Shown: positions 18,928 through 29,191, counted from the first letter of the stretch. The stretch: 64,000 nucleotides of DNA from an uncultured virus (IMG/VR IMGVR_UViG_3300042808_000075) (IMGVR_UViG_3300042808_000075), one strand, 5' to 3'. The notes: generated by a model from the sequence alone, not told the origin. Made by a program: numbers and translations.

Positions 18928-19560
18928 TTAATAAATCATGTTTGCTGTAATTGAAAATTCCCATATTTTTGTTTTTTTACCTGCAATCATGTTTAAAAAA
19001 ACATGATTATTATATTTTTGAGCAAATTTGATTATATTTTCTTCTGTAATTGTTTGTAATTCTTGTTCAAGTTCTTGTTCCAATGTGGAAATAAATTGTT
19101 CAGCATCTTGTCTAGTATCAAAACATAATTGTTTTGTTTTTGTTGGACTTAATATCAATTGCATAGTTTTAAAAGTGCTAGTATTATTTTGAGTAATTGG
19201 AATAGAATATATACCATCTTCAAGGTTGACTAATAAATTAATGCAATAATTGAATTTTACATTTTCAAAGTTTTCTAAAGTTTGTTTTCTAACTTTCTTA
19301 CCATATTTCTCATCAATAAATTTAACAGGCACTAATCCACTACAATAATTGTCGTTTCTTTCAATTAAACCATCTGCAAAACCATCAATAATAGCTTTAA
19401 TAGCTTGATCTTCTTGACCAAAAACAAACGTTGTGTCTGCATAGTGGTTTATGATTTCAAAATACTGATTACCGTTACTATCGGTTTCTATGTTTGCTTT
19501 ATGATTAAAATCAACAAATAAAACATGATCATTTTTAATTTCCAAATTATTGTTTTTCAC
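18928..19560 (-). CDS. Hypothetical protein, paralog of 12869..13519
   Basis: Shared motifs; GTG start. Confidence 0.85.
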   Translation of the reverse strand: MKNNNLEIKNDHVLFVDFNHKANIETDSNGNQYFEIINHYADTTFVFGQEDQAIKAIIDGFADGLIERNDNYCSGLVPVKFIDEKYGKKVRKQTLENFENVKFNYCINLLVNLEDGIYSIPITQNNTSTFKTMQLILSPTKTKQLCFDTRQDAEQFISTLEQELEQELQTITEENIIKFAQKYNNHVFLNMIAGKKTKIWEFSITANMIY

Positions 19561-19618
19561 TTTACTATCTCCTTTTTATTTTATAGTTTATTATAACGTA
19601 TATATTTTCAATTAATTT

Positions 19619-19882
19619 TTAAAAAACATTTACAAAGTATAGCGTAAGTGATAAAATTGCAATCACTTCATTTAATTTCCAAGTGTTTACAAACCCTAAA
19701 AAAACGCCGATAAAAGGAGAAATATCTTCTGGCTTAATATGGTATAATTGTGGGAAAGATTGGAATACAATAAAGAGAAACTTTGCTGTTAGAAAGTACC
19801 CAATAATAGCGCAGGTGATTGGAATAGGATTAAATGTAATTTTTCCATCATCATCTTTTTTAATATTAAAATTAATTTTCAT
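19619..19882 (-). CDS. Small membrane protein
   Basis: Hydrophobic segments; cassette. Confidence 0.75.
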   Translation of the reverse strand: MKINFNIKKDDDGKITFNPIPITCAIIGYFLTAKFLFIVFQSFPQLYHIKPEDISPFIGVFLGFVNTWKLNEVIAILSLTLYFVNVF

Positions 19883-19973
19883 TTTTCTTATCTCCTTTTT
19901 GTTTATAGCTTATTATAACATATATATTTAATTTTGTAAAGAAAAAACTCCTAATTAAAGGAGTTTTTATGTT

Positions 19974-20321
19974 TTAAATAATTATTTTTAATAATTGTTC
20001 TGTTTCTTCTTCGCTATATTCATTCATCAAACAACTAATAATTAAATCAAATTCTTTTATACTATTAACAAAATAACACGGTCTATTGTTGGTTGTAGTT
20101 ACCAAATGTTCCTTAGAATAACAAATAAAAATTGTATTTTGTTTGCTAATTGTGTATAATTGAAGGAAATGTTTTTCTTCACATGGTTTTAAATTATCTT
20201 CAATGAATTTCAAAAAACGATTACGAACATTGGCTGTTGATTCAATGGCACTTTCCATTTGCAAAAATTTTTTCTCAAAACTTTCCAATTCATCTTTTGA
20301 AAAAATGTTTTCAATTTGCAT
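19974..20321 (-). CDS. Hypothetical protein (start revised to MQIEN)
   Basis: AAGGAG RBS at ~20329-20334. Confidence 0.75.
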   Translation of the reverse strand: MQIENIFSKDELESFEKKFLQMESAIESTANVRNRFLKFIEDNLKPCEEKHFLQLYTISKQNTIFICYSKEHLVTTTNNRPCYFVNSIKEFDLIISCLMNEYSEEETEQLLKIII

Positions 20322-20334
20322 TGCCATTCTCCTT

Positions 20335-20547
20335 TTAAAAACAGCGAAGATTTTTTTGATCTTTTTTGGAAACACGATGACCAAATTTGTTTTCAACAGC
20401 TACCATTAATACAGTTAACGCCATTTGTTCATTGAACCCTTCCAAGTTTACACCACCAGAATTAATGAGCCGTTTACTTTCATCGATAATGTTTTCGATA
20501 TTTTTTTTAAATGTTTCCAAAGTTAATACATATGCTTCATTTTTCAT
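20335..20547 (-). CDS. Hypothetical protein
   Basis: 70 aa, RBS. Confidence 0.75.
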   Translation of the reverse strand: MKNEAYVLTLETFKKNIENIIDESKRLINSGGVNLEGFNEQMALTVLMVAVENKFGHRVSKKDQKNLRCF

Positions 20548-20570
20548 TGTTTTAATCTCCTTTGTTTTTG

Positions 20571-20831
20571 TTATATTAACCCTTCGTATCTTGCTTCATC
20601 TACGGAAAGCATCTGATCTTCATCAGAATTGTAAATGATATTAACCTTGGTTTTTGTATAGAATATTTCTCCACAATTTTGACATTTATGTTTACTGAGA
20701 AGATAATCGTTAAAGTCTTGATTAGGGAATTCTTTTTGTAACTCTTCAAATCCGATTTTAATTCTACGATACCAACTGTAAGTATCCATATTTTTGCATT
20801 CAGGACATTGGCATGTGCGTATGTTTTTCAT
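20571..20831 (-). CDS. Zn-ribbon protein
   Basis: CPEC...CQNC. Confidence 0.8.
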   Translation of the reverse strand: MKNIRTCQCPECKNMDTYSWYRRIKIGFEELQKEFPNQDFNDYLLSKHKCQNCGEIFYTKTKVNIIYNSDEDQMLSVDEARYEGLI

Positions 20832-20926
20832 GTTTTTATCTCCTTTTTGTTTATGATTTATTATAACATATATATTGAAATTTGTAAAGAAAAAACCACC
20901 TTTTTTTGTTAGGTGGTTTTTATGTT

Positions 20927-21250
20927 TTATATAATATATGCTTTATTTACTTTTAAAATAATATATTTTTCTGGATAATTGTTATATATTACCTTTTCTT
21001 CTTCACCATCATAACAAGTGCAATGTACTTCAAAGTTTTTCTTTGTTAACACAATAGCAGTGACTCTATTGACATTTTCAAGGTAAAAATCAAGCGCACA
21101 CATTGTAATTTTCTGTTCAAATTTACCTGTATATGTTTCATAAAATATTTTTTTTCCACTATCTGTGGTGTTATATTTTTCCCCATTACTATCTGTTGTA
21201 TATATAACATCATTTTGTATTAATGATTGAAATTCGTCTAAATCTTTCAT
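20927..21250 (-). CDS. Hypothetical protein
   Basis: 107 aa, RBS. Confidence 0.75.
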   Translation of the reverse strand: MKDLDEFQSLIQNDVIYTTDSNGEKYNTTDSGKKIFYETYTGKFEQKITMCALDFYLENVNRVTAIVLTKKNFEVHCTCYDGEEEKVIYNNYPEKYIILKVNKAYII

Positions 21251-21279
21251 TTTTATTGTCTCCTTTTTGTTTAATTTTA

Positions 21280-21876
21280 TTATTTAAAAAATTCATAAAC
21301 GTCATGGTTCTTTGTTGTTTTGATACATTTTTGTTTATAACCAATTTTTTGCAATACATTGAAACTTAAATCACCTCTTGAAAAGAAAGGAATAATTTCA
21401 TCTGCATTACCAAGACCGAAAAGTTCTTGATTTGATTTTTCAAAATTGTTTTCTTTTATGGTGTAGATTTCTTTTAATAATAATTCGCATTGATTTAATG
21501 CATTGGCGATAACGAAACTTTTTTTATCATAACCGCAACCTTTTGAAAAACCAGAATCATAAGTTTGTGTATACCCTTTTTTTGTTTTTAATTCTAAATG
21601 CGCTTTATAAACTGTTCCCCATAATTTATGATTTTTCTTTTCTAAATCAAGTGTAAAACTTTCAATGTTATCTTCTAATGCAAAAATGTTTTGCACTTGA
21701 AAAAATTTCTTTGTGTCTACTTTTTTAATAAGTTTAGGTAAAAAATCATTGACAGTTTTTTTACCAGTATGGATTTTTTCAATTTCCAAGTCGGTTAAAT
21801 GCTGTTCGTAATTTATAACAATATTACATATTTCTTTTCCATAGTTTTCCAATAATGCTTGAAAAATTTTATTCAT
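21280..21876 (-). CDS. Hypothetical phage protein
   Basis: GCGYDK.S..IANALN motif. Confidence 0.85.
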   Translation of the reverse strand: MNKIFQALLENYGKEICNIVINYEQHLTDLEIEKIHTGKKTVNDFLPKLIKKVDTKKFFQVQNIFALEDNIESFTLDLEKKNHKLWGTVYKAHLELKTKKGYTQTYDSGFSKGCGYDKKSFVIANALNQCELLLKEIYTIKENNFEKSNQELFGLGNADEIIPFFSRGDLSFNVLQKIGYKQKCIKTTKNHDVYEFFK

Positions 21877-21963
21877 TTTTATTATCTCCTTTTAGTTTAT
21901 GATTAATTATAACATATTGTTTTAATTTTGTAAAGAAAAACGCCTAATTAAAGGCGTTTTGTT

Positions 21964-22458
21964 TTACCAGCCGTATACTTTTGCAACATGAGGTAAAATT
22001 GATTTTGTGTAGTAATTTAAAGTTTTACGAGAAACAGGTTCACCATGATAAAGTTTATCCAAAAGCTTTTCAATATCTTTCCCTTTGCGAATTTCCCGAT
22101 ATTCATAATAATTTGTACCGTCATGATGAGTTGCACGACATTTCACATTGTATCCGTCAGAATACCATTTTGCAATTTCTGTCTCAGAAGATAAAATGTC
22201 TTTGATATTGCCACTGTGAATAATTTTGTATGCAGACCTTCTACCATTCCAAAAACCTAAATCCGCAATACACAAAATTTGATTATCTAGTTCAATATCT
22301 AAATTCATTCGTTCATCATCCAAATATTCATCATTTAATTCTGCACAAAGAACATATTGTTCATATTCATCTGTTACTTCGGGATGTTCCTCTTTAAGAA
22401 AATCTTTCCAGTCTTCAAGTCTGATTTCACTATCCCAAATCACTCTTTCTTTACGCAT
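21964..22458 (-). CDS. Hypothetical protein
   Basis: IADLGFWNGRR and HHDGTNYY motifs. Confidence 0.85.
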   Translation of the reverse strand: MRKERVIWDSEIRLEDWKDFLKEEHPEVTDEYEQYVLCAELNDEYLDDERMNLDIELDNQILCIADLGFWNGRRSAYKIIHSGNIKDILSSETEIAKWYSDGYNVKCRATHHDGTNYYEYREIRKGKDIEKLLDKLYHGEPVSRKTLNYYTKSILPHVAKVYGW

Positions 22459-22565
22459 TTTTATTATCTCCTTTGTTTTTATTTTATAATTTATTATAAC
22501 ATATATTTTTACATTTGTAAAGAAAAAATAGGGGAATCCCCTATTTTTAATTAGTTAATTTTTTA

Positions 22566-22883
22566 TTAACTTTGAACAATTTCTTGAATTTTTTTCAATT
22601 TATCATAATCTTTGCAATTACGAACCATTTCTGCAATAAAGTGTCTTTGATTAACAAATTCAATTCGTTCAATTTCTTCTCTTGTTTCAACAAATTTAAT
22701 AGGGGTAAAATCTTTAATCCGTTCTTCCATTGTTTTTTTATTAATTTTACGGTAATTTCCAACTTCCCAACTTTGTTTTGTTTCATTTGTTACAGTATAT
22801 TCATGCCAACCTTTCGGTAAATCTTTTTCTTGCATTCTATTATTGACATGAAAACCATAAATTACATCACCAATTTTAATCAT
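22566..22883 (-). CDS. Hypothetical protein
   Basis: 105 aa; TTGACA promoter. Confidence 0.8.
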   Translation of the reverse strand: MIKIGDVIYGFHVNNRMQEKDLPKGWHEYTVTNETKQSWEVGNYRKINKKTMEERIKDFTPIKFVETREEIERIEFVNQRHFIAEMVRNCKDYDKLKKIQEIVQS

Positions 22884-23053
22884 TTGTTATTACCATCCTT
22901 TTTATTTTTATTATACCATATTGCTTTACAAATGTCAACATTTTTATTTAAATTTAAAACATTGTTATAATTAAAGAAGCGCATTAATCAGATTTATATC
23001 CTTTATAATTATTATAACAAATACATATATATTTGTAAACAAAAACAACCTAA

Positions 23054-23515
23054 TTAAAGGTTGTTTTGTTGTTTGATTATTTTAATTTTTATTTTGTCTA
23101 AAAAAGTAAATTCATTTGCGGTTTTTTCTGTTGCCAACATCATTATAACTGCACCATCTGGCAAGCAAAATTCGTCAATATTTTCATAATTATCAATCAT
23201 GCTTTTGATATTGTTTTCAATGTTTTTCATTTGTTCTTTTAATAACCGGACAGTGACTTTTGTTGCACGTTCTTGTTTGGTACTGAATTGTTCTTCAAGG
23301 TTTATTAATTTATGGAAAAACAATACTTTGGCAACGCTTTCCGGTACAATGCGAGCAAAATTTTTAGCTTCTTGAATTTTTTCAAGGCTAGATAAATCAA
23401 ATTCTAAACTATTTAATTTATCTGTAATTTCTTGTTCTATTTTTTCTCCTTGATTCCTCCAAGTTTCCAATTCTTCTTTTTTCGTTTGAAAAAACTCTTC
23501 TATTTCTTTATTCAT
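23054..23515 (-). CDS. Hypothetical protein
   Basis: 153 aa; cassette. Confidence 0.8.
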   Translation of the reverse strand: MNKEIEEFFQTKKEELETWRNQGEKIEQEITDKLNSLEFDLSSLEKIQEAKNFARIVPESVAKVLFFHKLINLEEQFSTKQERATKVTVRLLKEQMKNIENNIKSMIDNYENIDEFCLPDGAVIMMLATEKTANEFTFLDKIKIKIIKQQNNL

Positions 23516-23614
23516 TGTATTTATCTCCTTTTTTATATTATGATTTATTATAACATATATATTTAAAATTGTAAAGAAAAAACCACTAATTAATTAGTGG
23601 TTTTGATAATTGTT

Positions 23615-23908
23615 TTATTTGTCCTTATTGAAAATCTGTTTATAGGATTCATATGCTTCATTAACACAACAGTGTGGTATAGCACTTGATGGTGTTGGCA
23701 AACATCCATCCCACCAACGCATAACTGGCAGATTAGAAGTCATGTTAGCTGAACGTGTTATTGTGCCATTAGGACTCCTTGACCAACCATCAATATGTTT
23801 TGCATTTATTCCACCATTTACACCTGATCTGCGTAGGTTTTGAATTTCATCTTTATGCTTTTCTGCAATCTTTTGCAATTCGATTGTTAGTTTTTCCAAT
23901 CTGGTCAT
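23615..23908 (-). CDS. Hypothetical protein
   Basis: 97 aa; cassette. Confidence 0.75.
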   Translation of the reverse strand: MTRLEKLTIELQKIAEKHKDEIQNLRRSGVNGGINAKHIDGWSRSPNGTITRSANMTSNLPVMRWWDGCLPTPSSAIPHCCVNEAYESYKQIFNKDK

Positions 23909-24014
23909 TTTTATTATCTCCTTTATTTTTATTTTATAATTAATTATAACATTTTAATTTAAATTTGTAAAGAAAAAATAACAATATAAATATTGTTAGA
24001 ATATTCTTATAATT

Positions 24015-24052
24015 AAAGAAAGGCATCTCTCGGAATCAGACCCCTATCCTCT
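24015..24052 (-). ncRNA. Candidate small RNA, copy 3
   Basis: AGAGGATAGGGGTCTGATTCCGAGAGATGCC behind TTTACA(24082)-17-TATAAT(24059). Confidence 0.55.
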
Positions 24053-24143
24053 GATTTAATTATACTATATGTATTGATGTTTGTAAAGAAAAATACACCA
24101 TGAAAGGTGTATTTTTTATAAATCTTTCAAAAATTAATAAAAT

Positions 24144-24225
24144 TGGTACAGGTGGAGGGATTCGAACCCTCAATCAATGAAGTGGATTTGTTTGTCAAAT
24201 TTTGTTCATGAAAGTCAACACCCAT
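24144..24225 (-). tRNA. Degenerate tRNA / tRNA-like element with intact T-arm, acceptor 3' strand and CCA
   Basis: GAGGGTTCGAATCCCTC CACCTGT A CCA; ATGGGTG at 24219-24225 can pair with CACCTGT. Confidence 0.5.
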
Positions 24226-24362
24226 TTCCAATAAAAACATTTTCTTTGTAGATAAAACTAACAAATAAACTCACTCCTTTACAACGAAAGATACAACTCT
24301 GTTTGTATTATCTCCTTTTTATTTTAATTATAACACATTGCTTTATAATTGTAAATAAAAAA

Positions 24363-24674
24363 TCAAGATTGTGGTTTTAAATTGCTTAACGCCGCTTCAA
24401 ATCCTCTTTCAATAATTTTGGCAACACCATTATATTCTAAAGTTTCAAACCCACGTACATTGTCAGTTTTATGAACAACTCCATTGTATTCAATTGTTAC
24501 GTTTTCATACGGTATTTTGTTTTCAAAAATCAATGTTTGTAACATTATAACCATAAAATCGCTTGCAACTGCAATTGTTTGATTTGGGTTCTTTTGATAT
24601 TCAGATAACCACCATGCTTCAATTTTACCATCAGGCAATACAATGCCGTTCATTGGGTCATATACAACATTCAT
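24363..24674 (-). CDS. Hypothetical protein
   Basis: 103 aa, RBS. Confidence 0.8.
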   Translation of the reverse strand: MNVVYDPMNGIVLPDGKIEAWWLSEYQKNPNQTIAVASDFMVIMLQTLIFENKIPYENVTIEYNGVVHKTDNVRGFETLEYNGVAKIIERGFEAALSNLKPQS

Positions 24675-24692
24675 TTTACTAACACATCCTTT

Positions 24693-24971
24693 TTAATAAT
24701 CATCTGCAAACATCATATGTGTATACAAACGTTCTTCGTCTGTAATGATATAAATTTTTGCACCATTAATGATATATGCTGACAAAATCCTGTCATCATT
24801 ATTCTTCACAGCATCATCATTTTTTTGTTTATCACTTTTATCTAAATCTCCCCAATCACTAGAGCAATGTCTAAATAAACAATTTAATAATTGAGATTCA
24901 AAGCTTGGGGTTTCTGCACATTCATTTTGAATAGCTTTGGTAATTATAACTTCACCAATTTTAAATTCCAT
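24693..24971 (-). CDS. Conserved phage/plasmid small protein (DWGD family)
   Basis: RH..SDWGDL...D...N..A...RILSAY...IYIIT. Confidence 0.85.
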   Translation of the reverse strand: MEFKIGEVIITKAIQNECAETPSFESQLLNCLFRHCSSDWGDLDKSDKQKNDDAVKNNDDRILSAYIINGAKIYIITDEERLYTHMMFADDY

Positions 24972-25061
24972 TTTTTATCTCCTTTTTATTTTAATTATAT
25001 CATATTAATTTTCATTTGTAAAGAAAAAAGCTTACTTAATAAAAAGCAAACTTTAAACAAT

Positions 25062-25889
25062 TCAAATATATCTTTCTTCTTCGATTTTTTTTATAAAAAA
25101 ACTTTCTCCACAATCGATAAACATTTGTTTGTTTACATTTAAATATTTTTGCGCATCACTTTCCTTTTTAAATGTCTTTATTAAATTAGACTGATGACTA
25201 TAAGAATATATAAATCCATATTTTGTTTTTCTAAAGAAAACATTTCCATGTGAATTGCATAAGATAAAATATTCTTTTACCAATTGTTTTTCTCTTTTTG
25301 TTTTTTTGCGAAATGGCCTTTTTTGAATTTTATTTTGTTTAAATTCAATATCTAATTCCGCATACACATTATAACATTTATTATCCAACATCAAAAAAAG
25401 CATATATTCTTGATAGTTTTTAATGAATTTTGCAAAAGCCAAACTTGTTTTTGGTACACAATAATGTTCTCTCGTAAATTCCAAATTAGCATGATCAAAA
25501 CTTATATTGATATCATTGTATTGACTATATTCTTCTACTGTTAACGCTTTTTTTATACCAGAGTTCACCCATTTAACAAATTCTCCTTCTTCAAATGGTT
25601 TGTTTTTGGCTTTAAATGTATTACCGTTTTGTTCTGCCAGATTTAATAATTCTTTCTTGGAGAAAAAAATTGATTGGTTATACCAATATCTTCCCCAAGA
25701 TTTTTCACGAACATAACGGTTATTAATATTTAACCTTCTAATATTGCTTGCACCTGTTAACATTAATGGTATATACAAAAATTCATCTTCAATTTTTTCA
25801 TCGATAATAACATTTGCTTCATGCAAAATCTTTGTTTCAATTTTTATAAATCCTTTATTGTAAAAAATAGTATATCCCATTTTTCCCAT
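25062..25889 (-). CDS. Hypothetical protein, paralog of 34284..35099
   Basis: Shared YTIFY.K.FIKIETKIL and RKTKYG. Confidence 0.85.
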   Translation of the reverse strand: MGKMGYTIFYNKGFIKIETKILHEANVIIDEKIEDEFLYIPLMLTGASNIRRLNINNRYVREKSWGRYWYNQSIFFSKKELLNLAEQNGNTFKAKNKPFEEGEFVKWVNSGIKKALTVEEYSQYNDINISFDHANLEFTREHYCVPKTSLAFAKFIKNYQEYMLFLMLDNKCYNVYAELDIEFKQNKIQKRPFRKKTKREKQLVKEYFILCNSHGNVFFRKTKYGFIYSYSHQSNLIKTFKKESDAQKYLNVNKQMFIDCGESFFIKKIEEERYI

Positions 25890-25910
25890 TCCTTTTTAAA
25901 TTAATTATCC

Positions 25911-26099
25911 TTAGAATCCAATAGATTCCAAAAATTCATCTGCTACATCATGGGAATAGAAAATTCCTTCATAAACAGGCTCATCTGTTTCTTCCACAAA
26001 TACTTCAATAATTTCAACAAATGCAAATCCACGATCTTGAAAATCACGATTGATAATAAGTGTACCTTCATAATTTTTCAATTGTTCTTCTGTCCACAT
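25911..26099 (-). CDS. Small acidic protein
   Basis: 62 aa; cassette. Confidence 0.75.
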   Translation of the reverse strand: MWTEEQLKNYEGTLIINRDFQDRGFAFVEIIEVFVEETDEPVYEGIFYSHDVADEFLESIGF

Positions 26100-26200
26100 T
26101 TTGTTTATACCGCCTTTCTTTTATTTGTTTTAATTATAACATATTTCTTTACTGTTGTAAAGAAAAAACTATCAATGTATTGATAGTTTTAAAATTTAAA

Positions 26201-26536
26201 TTATTTTGTCTGTAATTCTAAAGTGAATTTTGCTAAATGATGAAATATTTTTTCCATATCTTTGAATTTTGTTCTTGATTGAGAATGCTTTTTTAATAAT
26301 TCATTTGTTTTTGAATCAAAATTATATTGTAGAAATAGTTCTTGAAAAAATTCTTCATAAATCTGATTTATTTGTTGTTGATAATGTTCCAATTCGATTT
26401 GATATTGTTTTTCCACATCATTATCAAAAATAGGTGATAATGATTGTGCAAAAAGTTTTTGTTTAATTGTTGAATAATTCGGATATTGAATTAAATTAAA
26501 TTTTTCATTATATTTTTGACTTATTTTTTCTTCCAT
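26201..26536 (-). CDS. Hypothetical protein (family with 6586 and 54575)
   Basis: QINQIYEEFFQELF. Confidence 0.75.
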   Translation of the reverse strand: MEEKISQKYNEKFNLIQYPNYSTIKQKLFAQSLSPIFDNDVEKQYQIELEHYQQQINQIYEEFFQELFLQYNFDSKTNELLKKHSQSRTKFKDMEKIFHHLAKFTLELQTK

Positions 26537-26656
26537 TTACTCAACCTCTTTTCATCAATTTTACTTATTAAGTATAACATATATTCCCATATATGTAAAG
26601 TAAAATTTATCAAAAACTAAAAAACACCATGATTTTTATCATGGTGTTTTTATTAT

Positions 26657-26668
26657 TTAATAGCGCAA
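26657..26668 (-). CDS. Minigene TTG-CGC-TAT-TAA (or MIPLRY from 26677)
   Basis: Leader AGAAAGGATATGATTCCA, nearly identical to the 612 element. Confidence 0.5.
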   Translation of the reverse strand: MRY

Positions 26669-26699
26669 TGGAATCATATCCTTTCTTTAATTATTTATG

Positions 26700-26720
26700 T
26701 TATAATGTTACCTTCCGCAA
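26700..26720 (-). CDS. Minigene MRKVTL (TTG start)
   Basis: Leader AAAGGATTGATGCCA; promoter at ~26764-26792. Confidence 0.45.
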   Translation of the reverse strand: MRKVTL

Positions 26721-26806
26721 TGGCATCAATCCTTTACTGTTTAATGTATCTCTTTATGTTTTTATTATACTATACTTTTTTATATTTGTAAACATTTTTT
26801 ACAATA

Positions 26807-28777
26807 TCATTCGCTTTTTTCAATGACAATTAAACAGGTACTATCAGGAAGAACAACAGAATTATATTCACAATCAAAGAATTCTATTTTTTGATTCAAA
26901 TGTAGGTTATAACCATCTTGCAAATAATGTTGGTTAGTTATGATTTTAGCTGTTTGGCCTAATATAGTTTGGATAAAATTTTCATATTGAGCAGGTGTGA
27001 AATATCCAAATTGTTCCTGTACTTCATGAGTATATGATTGTTCGCCCCATGTATAGGTATAAAGAAATTCCATAGCATCATTAATATCCATTTTAACTTC
27101 ATTTAAGCCAGTGATTTCAAATTGAATATCTCTACCTTTAAAATCTTTTACATATTGTTTTAAAAAATCCAATCCTTCATCAGATTTAAATCTAATGATT
27201 CTTTTCTCTTTGCTATCGGTCATAATGCCATCACGGATAATAATTCTACCATTGTTGTTTAAAGCGTCAAATGCACTTTTTAATACATTTGCAATTGTAT
27301 CATGATTGAATTTTTTATTATCTAATTCTATATAAGAAAACAATTCATGGATAATAGAACAAAAGATAATAGTATCAACATTATCAATATATTTCTTTAA
27401 TTCAAACGCATTTCCTTGGATTACATTCCAAGTATGATTTTCTAATTCTTTTTTCTTATTGAGTTTTTCAATAACATTAGTAGAAATATCGATACCATAG
27501 ATATTTTTATTAGTTAGTGAAGATTCTAATTCATCCAATAAAACGCCACCGCCGGGGCCGATATCAACAATGGTATCACCAACAACATAATCAACAATTA
27601 CTTTTTTGTAATCTTTTGATTGATTCATGGTTTGCAAATAACTTTCTTCATTATGAAACCGATCAAATTGGTCTTTACGCAAATCAAACAAATCAAACAA
27701 AACAATGATAGCTTTATCATATTCAAGGCCAGATTTTTCAGCTTCAACACAAAACTCTATTAATTTTTCTCCTGCATTGGAAAATTCAAAATCAAATGAC
27801 AAGAATTTTCCTTCTTTAATGATTTTATGTTTAACATGAATATTATTGCTAGGGTTTTGTAAGTATTTTTCAATGATTCTTTTTTTGTAAATGTTGATTT
27901 TTTTAGTATGGTTATAATCATAATACAATTGTTTCATTAATGGTTCCAATGAAACATTTAATTCATCATTAATATCATTGGATATTAGCTTTAACACTTG
28001 AATAAATTGTGTGAAGTTAAAATCATATAATGCTGATTCTATATACCAGAAATTAACATTGTTAAATTTTTCTTCCAAAAAAGTCAAATCATTTGTTTTT
28101 GACAATTCGCTATTGAAATTTTCACCATTTTTAATAGATTTCTTTCTAAGATTTGACAGTCTTGTAATAAAGTCTTTTTTGGGTACACATTTATTTTCAA
28201 ATATGTATGCAATAATTTGCTGAAATTCGTTTTTAGAATTTTCCCATAGAACAGGAGAAACAGCAGATACAATACAATAATTTAAATAATACAATATTTT
28301 ACTTATATCACCATATTGCAATAAAACTGAATGAGTGTTAAGATTAGATTCTTCACCGCGAATGTATTGACCAATTAATCCATGAGTGGCAATTAAATCT
28401 TTACATAATTCGTCTGTTCTATGTTCAGAATAAATATTAGCCGATGCAGTATTATGGATATTTAAATTATATCCTTTTTTCTCCCATTGTTTACGTTGGT
28501 ATTGGTTGCCGCATTTTGCAACCTCAGACCAAATCAAAACTTCTTCAATAACATCAATAGTGTTTTGATCTAAAACATTAGCAATATTATTTAATACTTC
28601 TAATGTTTTTTTAACATAATTTAAAACACAATGATTATTTAATTCATTGAAAGAACTAATTCTTTCAATGTTATAATTGGTTTGTTCGGTTAAATATAAA
28701 AACTGTAACCATTTATTATTTTTCAATACAGATAAATCACCAGATTTAACCTGACTAATTAGCTTTAAAGATTGCAT
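26807..28777 (-). CDS. Large class I SAM-dependent methyltransferase with N-terminal helical/HD-like region
   Basis: IVDIGPGGG, GIDIS, SIIHELFSY and GRIIIRDG motifs. Confidence 0.85.
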   Translation of the reverse strand: MQSLKLISQVKSGDLSVLKNNKWLQFLYLTEQTNYNIERISSFNELNNHCVLNYVKKTLEVLNNIANVLDQNTIDVIEEVLIWSEVAKCGNQYQRKQWEKKGYNLNIHNTASANIYSEHRTDELCKDLIATHGLIGQYIRGEESNLNTHSVLLQYGDISKILYYLNYCIVSAVSPVLWENSKNEFQQIIAYIFENKCVPKKDFITRLSNLRKKSIKNGENFNSELSKTNDLTFLEEKFNNVNFWYIESALYDFNFTQFIQVLKLISNDINDELNVSLEPLMKQLYYDYNHTKKINIYKKRIIEKYLQNPSNNIHVKHKIIKEGKFLSFDFEFSNAGEKLIEFCVEAEKSGLEYDKAIIVLFDLFDLRKDQFDRFHNEESYLQTMNQSKDYKKVIVDYVVGDTIVDIGPGGGVLLDELESSLTNKNIYGIDISTNVIEKLNKKKELENHTWNVIQGNAFELKKYIDNVDTIIFCSIIHELFSYIELDNKKFNHDTIANVLKSAFDALNNNGRIIIRDGIMTDSKEKRIIRFKSDEGLDFLKQYVKDFKGRDIQFEITGLNEVKMDINDAMEFLYTYTWGEQSYTHEVQEQFGYFTPAQYENFIQTILGQTAKIITNQHYLQDGYNLHLNQKIEFFDCEYNSVVLPDSTCLIVIEKSE

Positions 28778-28867
28778 GTTTTAACCTCCTTGTTTATTAA
28801 TTTAATTATATCATGTATATTAAAATTTGTAAATAAAAAAGCACTCTTTTATGAGTGCTTTTAAGTA

Positions 28868-29191
28868 TCAAATAATTTTTGCATTTTGTTCTGATTCTAC
28901 AATCAAAACATATTCTTTTCCACCATAATTGATTTTATGTTCACCAATAAAATTTGTTGTTTGAATGTTTTGCAAAAGATTGTGATTGTATTTATCCATA
29001 AGAGATAATTCTACCCATGAATCATTCTTTCCTGCAAAAACTTCCAAAACAATTGTTTTCCCATTTTCAAATTCTGAAAAATTAACAAAAATGATATTGC
29101 CGCTTTCAAGATTGTCAGGATGTTTTTTAACTTTCAATGCAGTGTTAATGGATGATACAACAATTTCTTCAATAGCAATTGTGGTTTTCAT
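28868..29191 (-). CDS. Hypothetical protein, paralog of 37230..37544
   Basis: Shared SGNI.F...F..GK.I.LEV, SWVE, F.GEH. Confidence 0.8.
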   Translation of the reverse strand: MKTTIAIEEIVVSSINTALKVKKHPDNLESGNIIFVNFSEFENGKTIVLEVFAGKNDSWVELSLMDKYNHNLLQNIQTTNFIGEHKINYGGKEYVLIVESEQNAKII

